DNA of 64,000 nucleotides. It comes from Octopus vulgaris (Eukaryota). A program made the translations under genes and the position numbers. Where the stretch lies: positions 191,766,001 to 191,830,000 of the forward strand of contig OX597814.1 in NCBI GenBank assembly GCA_951406725.2, written 5' to 3'. The notes under the pieces are model-generated. The model did no database searches and was not told where the DNA came from. It was given only the letters and a program-made list of their open reading frames with translations. Shown here one piece after another: positions 26,633 to 39,890 of this stretch. The first letter of the stretch is position 1. The number at the start of each line of letters is the position of its first letter.

Positions 26633-27149
26633 CAGTTCTATATTTAAGAGATGAGGAATTATGTACATTATTTACATTCGACGGATATTTGTCCTCATCT
26701 TGTCAACAAACAAGATGAGGATAAATATCCATCGTTATCATCATCATTGTTTAATGTGCGCTTTCCATGCTAGCATGCGTTGGACGATTTGACTGAGGTC
26801 TGTCGAACCAGATGGCTGCACCAGGCTCCAATCTTGATCTGGCAGAGTTTCTACAGCTGGATGCCCTTCCTAATGCCAACCACTCCGAGAGTGTAGTGGG
26901 TGCTTTTACGTGCCACCGGTACAAGAGTCAGTCAGGCGGTACTGGCGACAGCCACGCTCAAATGGTGCTTTTTATGTGCTATCTGCACAGGAGCCGGTCC
27001 AGCAGCACTGGCAATGACCTCACTCGAATGTTTTTTCACGTACCACCAGCACAAGTGCCAGTAAGGCGATGCAGATAACGATCACGCTTGAATGGTACTT
27101 TTTACATGCCACCGGCATGGGAGCCAGTTTGTTGAATGTAAATAATGTA
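26633..27149. mobile_element. Inverted (fold-back) 3'-end fragment of the hammerhead-SINE family, split by a SINE B (26731-27130, minus)
   Basis: TACATTATTTACATTCGACGGATATTTGTCCTCATCTTG-tcaacaaa-CAAGATGAGGATAAATATCC[SINE B]GTTGAATGTAAATAATGTA; 11-bp TSD TGCTCATTAAA at 26622-26632 and 27150-27160; matches 63372-63418. Confidence 0.8.
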
Positions 27150-27857
27150 TGCTCATTAAAGCTGCACTCTCTTATAGGAGGAGTTTGCAGAAGGATCTTT
27201 TGTTCATTTCAGCTTTGATTGGAATGCATATGTAGACATCACTGTTGCTGTCATGTTATGTATGACTAATTCAAACTTGAATGTTCTGTTACATATTCTA
27301 CCCCATTTTATGTACATATTTCTCTGCCAGCTGCAGGCATATTCCCTTCGCCCCCATTATATTTCCCACCCAGAATAATTTGTATCTAAATTGAGAATTT
27401 TCCTGAGGCTTACCTCTTGTACTCAGTACACACTCTCATATTTTTACAATCTCTCCAGACCTACCTTTCATTGTGCCAGGGCATGGGCATTGATCGGGGG
27501 TAATTTTGATGTTTTATTCCTGACGGGAAAGGGGTGTTTCCAGTGGCGGGTGGTTGGGTTGAGTTGCATGATGTTCATTTTCTTGTGTCTAAAAGAAAGA
27601 GATTTGGTAGTTCATTCATTTGATGACAATTGAGGGCTTGTGGCCTTTTGCCAAAGAAAGAAATCAGTTTTTTTTTTCTTTTTCCATACAGGCAACTGCA
27701 AGATATATCTGTAAAATAGTTTCATTCAAGTTATCAGAATTGCTTCTACCCCCTGCCCCTATCTCTCTTGTATCACCCTCTCTCTTTACCCTGCATTTCC
27801 TGTTTCTGTCCTGTTTTCCCTCTTTCATACATACACACACACACACATATATAATTA

Positions 27858-28970
27858 TATGTGCCACCGACACATCTCACCTGCCACCGACACAGGTGCC
27901 AGGTGAGATGTGTCGATGGCACATCTCACCTGGCACCTGTGTCGGTGGCACATAAAAACACCATCCAAAGACCCGGCGACGTAGTCAGTCCACCTGTGCA
28001 TACCTTCCCTCTTATGACACTTGTGAAGACCTGTTGAGGCAGAGGCAAGTGTGTGACACTTTGTGAAGACCTGTTGAGGCAGAGGCAAGTGTGTGACACG
28101 CGTGACACTTGTGAAGACCTGTTGAGGCAAGTGAAAATCAAACCAAATCAAAATAGATGAACATCAATGGAATTTGTATCTTTGTGGTTCCAGTACCGGT
28201 GGCACACAAGAAAACCATCCGATCGTGGCCGTTCGCCAGCCACATCTGGCACCTGTGTCGGTGGCACATAAAGACACCATCCGAAGACCCGGCGACGTAG
28301 ACAGTCCACCTGTGCATACCTTCCTTCTTGTGACACTTGTGAAGACCTGTTGAGGCAAGTGAAAATCAAATCAAATCAAATCAAGTCAAAACAAATCAAA
28401 ATAGATGAACATAAATGGAATTTGTATCTTTGTGGTACCAGTGCCGGTGGCACACAAGAAAATCATCCGAACGTGGCCGTAGCCAGTACCGCATAGACTG
28501 GCCTCCGTGCTTTGGGGACGTAACAAACACCATCCGATCGTGGCCGTCCGCCAGCCTCATCTGGCACCTGTGTTGGTGGCACATAAAAACACCATCCGAG
28601 CGTGGCCGTCTGCCAGCCTCGTCTGGCACCTGCCAGCCTCATCTGGCACCTGTGTCGGTGGCACATAAAAACACCATCCGAGCGTGGCCGTCTGCCAGCC
28701 TCGTCTGGCACCTGTGTCGGTGGCACATAAAAACACCATCCGAGCGTGGCCGTTCGCCAGCCTCGTCTGGCACCTGTGTCGGTGGCACATAAAATCACCC
28801 ACTACACTCTCGGAGTGGTTGGCGTTAGGAAGGGCATCCAGCTGTAGAAACACTGCCAGATCTGACTGGCCTGGTGCAGCCTTCGGGCTCCCCAGACCCC
28901 AGTTGAACCGTCCAACCCATGCTAGCATGGAAAACGGACGCTAAATGATGATGATGATGATGATGATGAT
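27858..28970 (+). mobile_element. Long young composite SINE B with internal tandem duplications and a palindromic 5' end
   Basis: 62-bp units starting GGCACCTG at 28563, 28645, 28707, 28769 (plus a partial at 28625); duplicated larger block (27932-28247 vs 28248-28560); (GAT)n tail; CpGs intact. Confidence 0.85.
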
Positions 28971-31170
28971 ATATATATATAGTATGTAGTGTATTTTGTA
29001 CATTCTGTCTCTATTGCTACTACTGCTAATATTCATAAGCAGTATTGCACACTGTACCATGTGCATTATATGCTACATAAAACACTGTGCACCATGTATC
29101 TTGCATGTGCTCACTGCACATGCCAAATGCTATATGCATCATGCCACATACAATCACTTATCACCTACAACAAGCACTGCTTGTATACACCACTTTGATT
29201 GGTATGCTGCACATACATCCATGTGTAAATCTGAAAATATACAAAATGTAAGGAAACAAAAATGTATACCACTTGGCATCTTCAAACCAATTCTCTAATT
29301 TAATACCCAGTCCATTTATTGATTAATGTTATTCCCAGCCTACTAGGAGACTTGTGAAATCAGTTGATTCGCTAACATTAGCAGCAAAATCCCTCTTAAA
29401 TTATTTGCAAATGTTTCTTGGTGTGACTCTATGGTATGAAGTTTGCTTCATTTTTTCTTGTTGCTCTCTTATGAAGTTCTTAAATGCCAATCAAGTCTTG
29501 CATTATTTCATTCTTTCTAGACATCTTGTGATGGTTATAAATAAATAACTTAACATGTAGCAGTATGATGACGATGATGGTGATTGTTTCCAGTCTTCTA
29601 TAATAAACATGTCTGGCTCTGGGGGAAATATTGTACTTGGAAACAAGTGAGAGTTGGTGACAGGAAGGGCATCCAGCCATAGAAAATTTGCCTCAACAAA
29701 TTCTGTTTGGATCATGCAAGCACAGAAAGGGGATTGTTAAATGATCATCATTATCGTCATCGTTTAACGTCTGCTTTCCATGCTAGCATGGGTTAGACAA
29801 TTTGACTGAGGATTGGCGAACCAGATGGCTGCACCAGGCTCCAATCTTGATCTGCCAGAGTTTCTACTGCTGGATGCCCTTCCTAATGCCAACCACTCCG
29901 AGAGTGTAGTGAGTGCACGAGGGCCAGTCAGGTGGTACTGGCAACGGCCACGATGGTGTCAGCATTTTTTGTCTCATATTTCTCACAAAGCTATTGATTT
30001 GAAGAACCAAAAGGGTATTGTAAATGACATTGTCTTTCTTTAATCCATGAAATTGTTTCTCTGTAAGCCTCCTTTCTCTGACCAAAATCACTTAAGTTAC
30101 TTACCTCCTTTGATTTAGTTGGTGTCAAAAATCCATTTATTTTCTTCCTCATGCTAAATCTTTGAATGAACTTTCTCTAGTGCTAAATTCCTTTCCCAAT
30201 ACATTACCCGTTTTTCTCCCTAAATATTCTGTGTGGGAGCATTTAAGTTTTGTATTAACTTTTGACATTAAGAACAAAAACAAAAAAAAATCAGACTTAG
30301 GAAAAGTTTGTGATGAAGCACACAGGTTAGGAAGCAAATGAAATTCTAAATGATGTAAGGAATATCTGACTTATCTTCATCTGATTTTTAGTTGCAAATA
30401 TTTGCTACAATTTACAATCCCCCCCACTCTCTTTCTCTCTCTCTTTTTTTAGGATAGAATGTTTTTAGTATTTCATATCTTTTTTATCAAAGCATTGACA
30501 GATCTGCAACCATAAATTTTTCTGATTTTTATTCACTTAAAAAAAAATGCCATTTCTAACAGCCTGCCATTTTCAGTATATTGCGTGTTATCTACTGAAA
30601 TCTGTTAAAGCAGTGAGCAGAACTTCCATAAGTGCTTTTATATAATGGCCTCTAAGAATTTTTTCAAGGTGGAATAAGACTGTTCTCAGTAGGGGTGGCA
30701 AGTTCTCTCAAAATTCAAGGGAGCTTGAAGGTTTTTTCCCTTTTTTTTTTCAATAAGAAGGGAGGAGGTTGTCAAATATTCATTGGTTCCTCCTTGGTTC
30801 TCTCAGCTCTGGATTGACAAACCAGCTGAACCTTGTTCTTAAAGGCCTTGCCTTACATCTTTTCATTTCTTGTTATAATTTATTACTTTTTGGATATTAT
30901 CATCTAAATAGCATTGTTTACCAATGACACTAACATTAGGACTAAGGCAAAATATTGGTTAGAACTATTTGATAAACTTCTTTTGTATACTTTCATGATT
31001 CAATAAAGCTTTTAACTATAAATTATATGATGATTTGCATTTTTGTTCTTGCATATATCTTCTAGCAAATTTGAATATGAATATGCTAATCACTTGTTTT
31101 GCCACAACAACCACTTTCTTTTTTACATTGAATGTATGTTCATAATGTGCTCAATTCATTCAGACAAGGG

Positions 31171-31220
31171 ATTCTGGGACAGTTGGTGTTTCAACATTGC
31201 TGTCTCTCATCAGCCAAACT
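31171..31220 (-). ncRNA. Minimal type I hammerhead ribozyme motif
   Basis: Minus strand: AGTTTGG CTGATGA GA GACA-GCAA-TGTT GAA ACA-CCAAC-TGT C CCAGAAT: stem I TTTGG/CCAGA, GNRA-capped stem II, 3-bp stem III, GUC triplet. Confidence 0.65.
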
Positions 31221-33199
31221 AAGAAATCTAACAAGAGTTTGAAGCTTTTGCTTGTACACATCAGCAGACAAATTGTTTGCTGATATGTACTGATGTCTGC
31301 CCACCAATAATAAATCATCATATGCATGGTGGGCAGTGAGAATCTAAACGACTTGCTTGTTTATTATTCATATGTTCTGGAAAATTCAATATGATAAATT
31401 GTATCATTGATTGGTCAACACCTAACTCTCTTTTTTAGTCTCATCACATCACTCTTATTCTTCTTGTATCATTGAGAATCTTCATTATTTTTTGTGTTTA
31501 CTTGTTGGGCCTCTATGTAGAATTCTTTTGTTTTCACATCTACCTCACCTCTAATCTGCTTTAATGCTTGTTGCTTGATTGTTCTTCACTGCTATAACAG
31601 ACGTAACTTCAATCATCACTCTGTCTAGTATCACCTCTTAGCACCATTGGTGCCTTAGCAAAACCAACTCTGTTGTAAGCATTTAAATCAATCTCTGATC
31701 TGAGGATAATTTCCTCTCTTCCTTCTACAAGTGATTGGAGGCCCTGAAAAATGGCCTTAGTTGTCTTTCTTCCTCTAACCAACCCATTAAAAATGTAGGC
31801 ATGTTGCTATATGTCTTGTAATGTACAGTTGATTACAACAGCCAGAGTACTCAGTTAATAAAAGGAAAGGCTGAACAGGGCGAGGTTAGAAGTCGGAATG
31901 TAATACAATGCAGCCAAATACCACAAAGCATTTCGTTTGTCATCCTACTAATTTTGCTACTTAATAGATTGTTTATTACAAAACCAGGTATGCTTCCTTT
32001 CCGTAAACATTCACACACAACTACTGCTGCTGCACATTTGTACAGAGCTACTCTGTCAGTGCTCATCCACTTGTATACAAAGATTGTAATCTCTATAAAA
32101 ATCAACGCACTGATGTACATGCATAAACACACACTTCCTCTCTCTCCCTCCCCCCCTCTCTCACACGCTAAAATGGAGATAACCTAGCAAGTTCTTCAAG
32201 TTGCATTGGGTGAGGTTCTGATCTTTGTAGAAAGGCAGGAATAACACTGAAGTTAGTAGAAACAGGAATACATTATAGCAAGGGTGGTAGACTATCTAAT
32301 TTAGCCAAAGATTAACTCATTTTTGGGGCAGTGTGTAATTGATCGAATTAGAATATATACTAGACAGGTCCTTAGCAAACCTAGATAGATGAAAAAGTGA
32401 AATTGTACTGTGTAGAATTTGAACCTAGCATTCAGACTGTCAGACCAGATGCTTCATGATATTAATTCTAGTTCTTTGCATTTTAAGTTCAAATCCAGCT
32501 ATGATCTTCTTGAGTAATAGGTTTGATCCATTGGTTAGCTTAACACCACTACACAGTACCTTTGGGGCTTTTAGCAGAGTTCATTCTGCTGCAAGCATTT
32601 GGGTGAGAATTCTCATTTGATGATACCTTCTTCCCACCAATCTTGGAAGCCATGTGAAGGGTCACGGACATTGCTTTCCCTCTATAAGGTAAAGAAATTT
32701 TTTAAAAAAGACCAAAGATCTGGTCTGAAAACTTGCCACAGTGTGGTGTATGAGAAGTTTTGGTACAGCTGTTTTGGCACTGCCTGGGATTACTGATTCA
32801 ATGTTGACTTATTTGACATCAGACATTTTAGTGCTTCTTTTATTTTCTGTTCCTCTTTCTCTCACTGTGTTTGCATCTGTATATTACTTTGTGTGTGTGT
32901 TTACCTCTAGTGCTAAAAAGTACTGTCAACAAGACAGATTGAATGTCCAGTCAGTTAGCCAAATTATCAGTGCCCAAACAGCTGCATCAAATCATCTTAT
33001 TCTGACCCAAATGTGTGTTCAACTGGACAATCAAGAACTGATGTAATTGATCCACTGTATTCTGTACAGTTTCTCTCTACTCAGTTTTACTCCAGGCTTT
33101 GGTTGACTAACCTGACGCTTTAGTAGATAACACTTACTTACAGTGCTGTGCAGTAAGATCAAACCTAGAAAACAAACTTCTTAACCTAGTAGTCATAAC

Positions 33200-33449
33200 C
33201 AAGGCTGTAGAGTCGAAACAAAAAACTTTGACTCTGACTCCGACTCCTCTTTATGTAATAAAGCGATTGTGATCTACATATCTTATAAAGCATATGCATA
33301 CGCTTGTACTCTGAGTAGACCTATATGTTATAACTGGTTTATATTAAAGAATAAAGATGTCAGTCGGAATCAGTTAATATAGTTTTACCAACTCTGACTC
33401 CAGCTACCACTTAATTGTTTGACTTTGACTCTCCAACTCCACAGTCCTG
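33200..33449. mobile_element. hAT MITE (CAGGGCTGTGGAGTCGG family)
   Basis: TIRs CAAGGCTGTAGAGTCG / CAACTCCACAGTCCTG, perfect 8-bp TSD GTCATAAC (33192-33199, 33450-33457), GACTCC subrepeats. Confidence 0.88.
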
Positions 33450-36400
33450 GTCATAACTGTTCCTGAATTTTGTGTCATGCTATTAATCATTGTAATATTC
33501 CCAGTGAAGCAATAGATTCACGTCTGTGACATGATTGTTGTGTCCAACTTTTATACTTAGTTCTCAGTTAGAATCTTCTAGATTTACAAAACAGTCAGCA
33601 TTATTGAAATATTTAGGTGTTGCAGTTAATGAATTTGAAACCACATTCTCTGTAACCCCCTGCAAGTGGCATTGGATGTGGTATTGTTGGTGGTGTTGTG
33701 ACTGTATGTTCATTGTGTGAGATTGTTTCTGCTGCCGTGTATATTTATGTGCAGTTAGTATGTTTACATGTATCTGTTTGTGCAGATGGTGTGTGTGTGC
33801 GCATGTGTGTAAATGTGGCTTTATAAATCTCACAGTGCTAACATTGCTTTGACTCTTTTTCTGATAATATCCTTAATCAGCTTATTACCAATAATGGCAA
33901 GAAAGTAAAAATTGATTTCCATCTTAACATAAAACACACAAATGATAGTTGATAACCACTCGAAAACCAATATCAGTTCCAGTATTTCAGATTCTATCTA
34001 CCGAATATGATGCGAAAACAAAAACACTGCTGTATCTCTTGAGCCACTAAATTCACTCACATCAGTCATTTTAACCCATAGTCAACAATCGGCTGCTTAT
34101 GTTCTGTTCTTTATCAGAAGAACCTGCCACCAGACAATTGAGAGAGAACATTCTTCTTTCTTCCTGATAATATACACTTGTGGTATGTTAACTTAACAAA
34201 AGGTCATAGACTAGAATAGAAAGTCTTTTCATATCTCCATTATATTGGTGATCTTCTTCCTCCAAAATTAATCTCACAGTTTACAGCACTCGGCTTGAGA
34301 AAAAAAGTATGTGTGAATAAGCTGATGATATAGTCATTAAGTTATTTTAGTTTTTATTTTATATTAGTTATATACTTTTTCTTGATAAGAAGCCATTAAG
34401 AGATACTTTATTATGAAATACTTCGTAGTCATCATTATCATCATTTAACACTGAATTTTTCATGCTTGCATGGGTCAGGTGGAATTAGTTGAGGCCAATT
34501 TTCTATAGGTCGATGCTCTCCCTGTTGCCAACCCTCACCCATTTCCAAGCAAGGTGACATTTGCCCAAAAGCAGATATGCTTTCATAGAAATGGACAACC
34601 TTGCTGCTCATTTACAATCATCAAATGATGTCTAGACACGGACATACACACACTGTGCTTCTTTCACTTTTCATTCACCAAATCCAACCACAAAGTTTTG
34701 GTTGGCCCAGGACTATAACAGAAGGCATTTGCTTACAGTACTGCACAGTGGGACTGAACACAAGACCACATGGTTAGGAAGCAAGATTTTCAACCACACA
34801 GTCACATCTGCACAAGTTTTTTAAAAGTATAATTCTTCATTTTAACCATTCTAAAGCATACCTCAATGTTCTTGCAATAAAACAAAAATAATTCTCCAAT
34901 TTTAATGGGGGTGATTCTTATTGGCAACCCGTGATTAATATTTCACTCCTTTGGCAGACTTTGATTCCAAAACTTGATAATTCCCAGATGATCAAGTCAA
35001 ATTATAGCTTCAATGATTGAATGAATTACTAAGATTAACAGCAGTGTTACATAGAACTGCTGGGCTAAATTCAGCTTAACAGGCACTCTGTGATTGGATT
35101 TTGGGTTCTCTGTGAGATGCTTTTTTGCCCTTCAAGTTTTTTTCCTTTTCAATCTTGCTCATCCCACTTCTCTCAGTTTACTGGGTTGAATGAATGTGAG
35201 GGTAGCCAGCAGAATTAACTGTTATATGAGGAAAATACTAGTGAAGTTCTTTGGTGGCAGATCCAATCTATCACCACCTGGTTCTCGGGTGTCTTTAATA
35301 GACTCCATTCTGCTGCAAACATTTGAGCCAAATCTCTTCTGCTGTGAGAATAATTTCTTCCAAACATTCTGCCCTTCCTAAGTCTCCTTTCCTAACCATA
35401 TAAGATGGTGGGTAGAATGGTTGTTGAACTGAAGTCTGACCCAACAGTTTTATGTAATATTGTTATATCTTGGCAGTTTATACTGGCAATAAGGTGGCAA
35501 GCTGGCAGAATCATTACCACAGAATGATTAGCTGGATAGGATACTTAGCGACATTTCTTCCGACTTTACAGAAGTTCAAATGCCACTGGAGTTGACATTA
35601 CCTTCCATCCATTCTGGGTTGATAAAATAAGTACCAGTTGAATACTGGGATTGATCTAATTGACTTACCCCTCCCCTGAAATTGCTAGACTTGTGCCAAA
35701 TTTTGAAACCAGTTTATACAGTCAAGGAAACTATAAGTCTAACTTGATCATTTGAAAAATCACACCCTTCCACCCACTTTATTAGATGAGATGGGTGTGG
35801 TTTAGTTGCTAAACTGTCTGACCATGACAGATTGTAATGGGTTACATGGTCCGGACAGCAACAGATTACCGTGTCAGATATAATACTTATTTATTCTCAT
35901 TACTTTGAAGTAATCCTGCATTGTCTTGTAGCTTAGAAATTTCCATGATGTAACTGTCTACTTTTAGAATGACAGTGTAGAGTTGGTGTGATAAGCCAGA
36001 TCTGGCCAGTTTGGACATAGAACATGTAGAATATTTGTGCCTGATAATGGCCAGATTATATACTAAAAGGGTAAGGAAATTTTTTCAAGCAGGTTGTACC
36101 TGACCTCAGTCCGTTTATATTTCTGTGCAATTTTAATTTCACTTTCAGTCAAATGTTTACAAGAAGGTTTTGTATATGTGTACTATATGGAGTGGTAACT
36201 CCAGAAATGTTCTATCAGGGATAAAATACTCAAGGCTTAAAAAAAAAAATAATCAGTAATTCTATGGAATTGTTAGAAGAGGGTTTCCTCTTTACTTGTA
36301 ATGGGTCTCTTCCTTACAGTATTTGAATTTCTGTAGCTACAAGCTGACATTTATTATAGAAATACATCATGTATTTTACCTAATTTGGCCTTTTTTCTTA

Positions 36401-37448
36401 AGTGATTTACCCCTAATACACACCCTTGATTTGAGTGTACCTTTAATTAAATGTATTCCAGTTGTAATCATCCCATCCTCATATATACCTAGAATTACAT
36501 GTTTTTTTTTTTTTTTTTTTCCCCTCTGAGATGGTAGGGTGTGATTTGAGTGACTTTCACAGCTATTTCTAGTAGGTTAAGCAACTCTTTTGTTGGCTCA
36601 TAGCAAGCTGTGTCCCTGACCAATGCAATTGTTTGTCTTACAAACAAATCTTTTACTCAATTAAGATACTGATAACATTACTGTTACCATTGAGGCTAAT
36701 TAACGATATTGTTTGGCTCAATATTGATAACATCATCATGGCATTTAGTAAACACTTATTAAAAAATATAATTATAATGTGGCAAATCAATGGGTGGGTT
36801 TTTTTAACGATGTTTTATTTTAAAACAAATTTTAATAAAATATTCTGTTTGTTTTCTCATCATCTGTCCCATGTTTATTTTGATTGTTCAGCTAAAGCTC
36901 CTGATCATTTCTGCTAGATTAATATTAATCAGGTGAGAAGCTTGCTGTCAGTCAACTCATAAGCATTCAATCAATTGAACTCCGTCCTTGATTGCTATTT
37001 GGTCTGTCTAAATAAAAAAGGGTGTTGTCAAAACACATTCATTAATTTTCCATGTTGTTTATTTATTTTTGCCACCTCCGACTTCCCCTTAAACTATCTA
37101 TGGCTTGAATTCATTACTGTTTTAAACTTGAGTCCTTCCATAACCTATCCTGTACTTAACATCAAATGATTATGTCTGTAATATATTAATTATATATATA
37201 TATAAAAATTAGAGATAAAACGACTATTAGGCAAATCAAACAGTGAAAAACATAAACCAAAACATAGAAATAAAAATAATTAATATAATATACAAAATAT
37301 ATAAAATTCAAAATTTAAATTATTTAAAGTTAAACATTTAAAATTATTGATTTATATTTATAAATTTTTATACTTATATGTAAATTTTTTTTATTAAATA
37401 TATATAACTATCAAAAAGTATTAAAAAAGTTTAATACAAGATAAAAAT

Positions 37449-37491
<43 letters not shown>

Positions 37492-37980
37492 GTATATATA
37501 TATGTATGTGTGTGTGTGTGTGTGTGTGTAAAAAAGAAAAACACTTCAAGGAGATTGGTGATGCTTTTGGAGATGTAGAGGTTGTCCCTTTGACAACACA
37601 TTTGGACAAGCCATTTGGAAATCACCTGAAAATTAGTTTTTCAACCAGCTGTAAGCTTTTTGTCTTTCAAACAAAGGGGCATCTCTGAAACAAAGGGACA
37701 TCTCATTTTTTCCCATGGCATGCTAACTTACCCAGACACACAAATTGCTCTGTTTAAAATTAGAATATTTTTCAGAGTTGCACAAAGCCACAAATCTTAG
37801 TATTGTCATCATGCAGAGAAAATCAACTCTCTTCATATCCATCTGCCTCAACTCACCCCAGATTCTATGAGAGAAACTTTGTTTTAAAATGATTTCAGCT
37901 AAAATTTCCCATGGCAATCTAACAATAGACTGCATCTAACTGTAGTCACAGTCCTCTGGCTTGTCAGCCCCTGTCAACCT

Positions 37981-38192
37981 ATTTCTTTACTACCCACAAG
38001 GGGCTAAACACAGAGAGGACAAACGGATTGTCGATTATATCGACCCCAGTGCGTAACTGGTACTTATTTAATCGAACCCGAAAGGATGAAAGGCAAAGTC
38101 GACCTCGGCAGAATTTGAACTCAGAACGTAGCAGCAGGCAAAATACCGGTAAGCATTTCGCCTGGCGTGCTAACATTTCTGCCAGCTTGCCG
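37981..38192 (-). mobile_element. SINE family C
   Basis: Perfect 10-bp TSD CTGTCAACCT (37971-37980, 38193-38202); matches 62946-63177. Confidence 0.9.
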
Positions 38193-38519
38193 CTGTCAAC
38201 CTGTCCAACCTATGCCAACATTGAAGTAGGGACTTTAAATGGTGATGAAGAGGAGTGGTTAACATCTCTTAATCTTATATTAAACAATATTGATATTCCG
38301 CTGCAGTCATCTTTGTTTTTTAACCTTTTAAGGTCGATAAAATAATCTCTAGTTAAGCACTGGGGTTGATATAATCAACTTACATCCTCCCTCAAACTTG
38401 CTGGCCTTGTGCCAAAATTTGAAACCAGTATTAGTATTATTTATCAAAGAGCAAATATGAAACTCCAGCTCCTTTTCTGAGTCAGACTAATTAAAGATAT
38501 ATATATATATGTTTATATA

Positions 38520-38721
38520 TTCTGTATTTGATAGCATAAAAGATGCCTAGGCATATTAGACACACCCCAATTTCAGCAGCACACATTCAGGATAAATGTT
38601 TATTAAAGCATGTAATATTTAAAGCAATCTCATGTGTATGACTAGGTGTTTCTTTAAATTTTTTTTATATTCTTTTAGAGATGGGTAAAAAAGTATGTCT
38701 TATATGCCATCAAATGCAGTA
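38520..38721. mobile_element. Tc2/pogo-type MITE; second copy about 51758-51940
   Basis: TIRs CTGTATTTGATAGCATAAAAGATGC / GTATGTCTTATATGCCATCAAATGCAG-TA. Confidence 0.7.
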
Positions 38722-39296
38722 TGGATGTATGAGAAAGAGAGAGAGATAGAAATGTTTTCTTATCTAGAATTAATTTTGCAAATAGTCTAGGTTGAGAATC
38801 TTATTTTGGTGAAAGAGTTTTTAATTCAGTACAAATGTCTCTGGCAATCTCTAGAAAGCTGCACTTTCTACCTCACCAAGACTTGCAGTATTAAGATTGC
38901 GTTCCCTCTTCAGGACCGAGAAAAGACTTGCAGCTGTGACAGCTGCATGATTTGCTCCATATTAAAGCATAAATACACATCATATTAGATTACTGTTCAT
39001 ACATGTGACTGTGTACTCATTACACTAACAAATGGTGGGATATATATATAATATATGATGCTCAAGTAAACATCAGTCATCTCAATGTGTGAAAGATACC
39101 CAATCTACGATTGTTGACTCACTGTCAGTCTTCGTCTTGTAACTGTTACATCTACTATGACGACAACCCCACACTTTGCACTGACTTCATCCAGGGGATC
39201 TTTCTCTCGTTACTGAATAAAGAAAACAATATCATTACACCATTGGAATTATGTAAATTATCGGCTTCTGTTAGGCGTTAGGTGACAGTTACATAA

Positions 39297-39890
39297 CTCC
39301 TTTACTTGTTTCAGTCATTGGACTGCAGCCATCCTGGGCCACTGCCTTGAAGGGTTTAGTCAAAGAAATTGACCCCAGTACTTATTTTTTAAAAAATCTG
39401 ATAGTTATTCTTACTCTTTTACTCCTTTCAGTCATTTGACTATGGCCATGCTGGAGCACCGCCTTTTAGTCGAGCAAATCGACCCCAGGACTTATTCTTT
39501 GTAAGCCTAGTATATATTCTATCGGTCACTTTCGCTGAACTGCTAAGTTATGGGGACCTATTGATTTCTTTTTGGTGAACTGCTATGTTATTGAGATGGA
39601 AATAAACCAACACTGGTTGTCAAGTGGTGGTGGGAAACACACACCATAAACATGAAGATGCAAACATGCATGCATATATACACATGCACCTATGCACCCA
39701 TACATACACACACACTCACCCCATACACATGACAATCTTCTTTCAGTTTCTGTCTACCAAATTGACTCACAAGGCTTTGGTTGGCCCAGGACTATAGAAG
39801 ATACTTGCCAAAGCTGTCACACGGTGGGACTGAACCAAAACCCACATGATTAGGAAACCAGCTTCTTAACCACCAGCCATGCCTGCACCT
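39297..39890 (-). mobile_element. Old SINE A with a 5'-truncated younger SINE A (39412-39558) nested inside
   Basis: Two family A tails in tandem; host resumes at TATTGATTTCTTTTTGG. Confidence 0.85.

Noticed and set aside
28396-28944. Repetitive ORFs and a CRISPR-like regular repeat
   Set aside because: 62-bp units are contiguous tandem copies without unique spacers, inside a SINE; eukaryotic context, no cas genes.
37195-37450. Very AT-rich insert between TA microsatellites, possibly a PLE end
   Set aside because: No hammerhead, TSD or second copy in the window to support a call.
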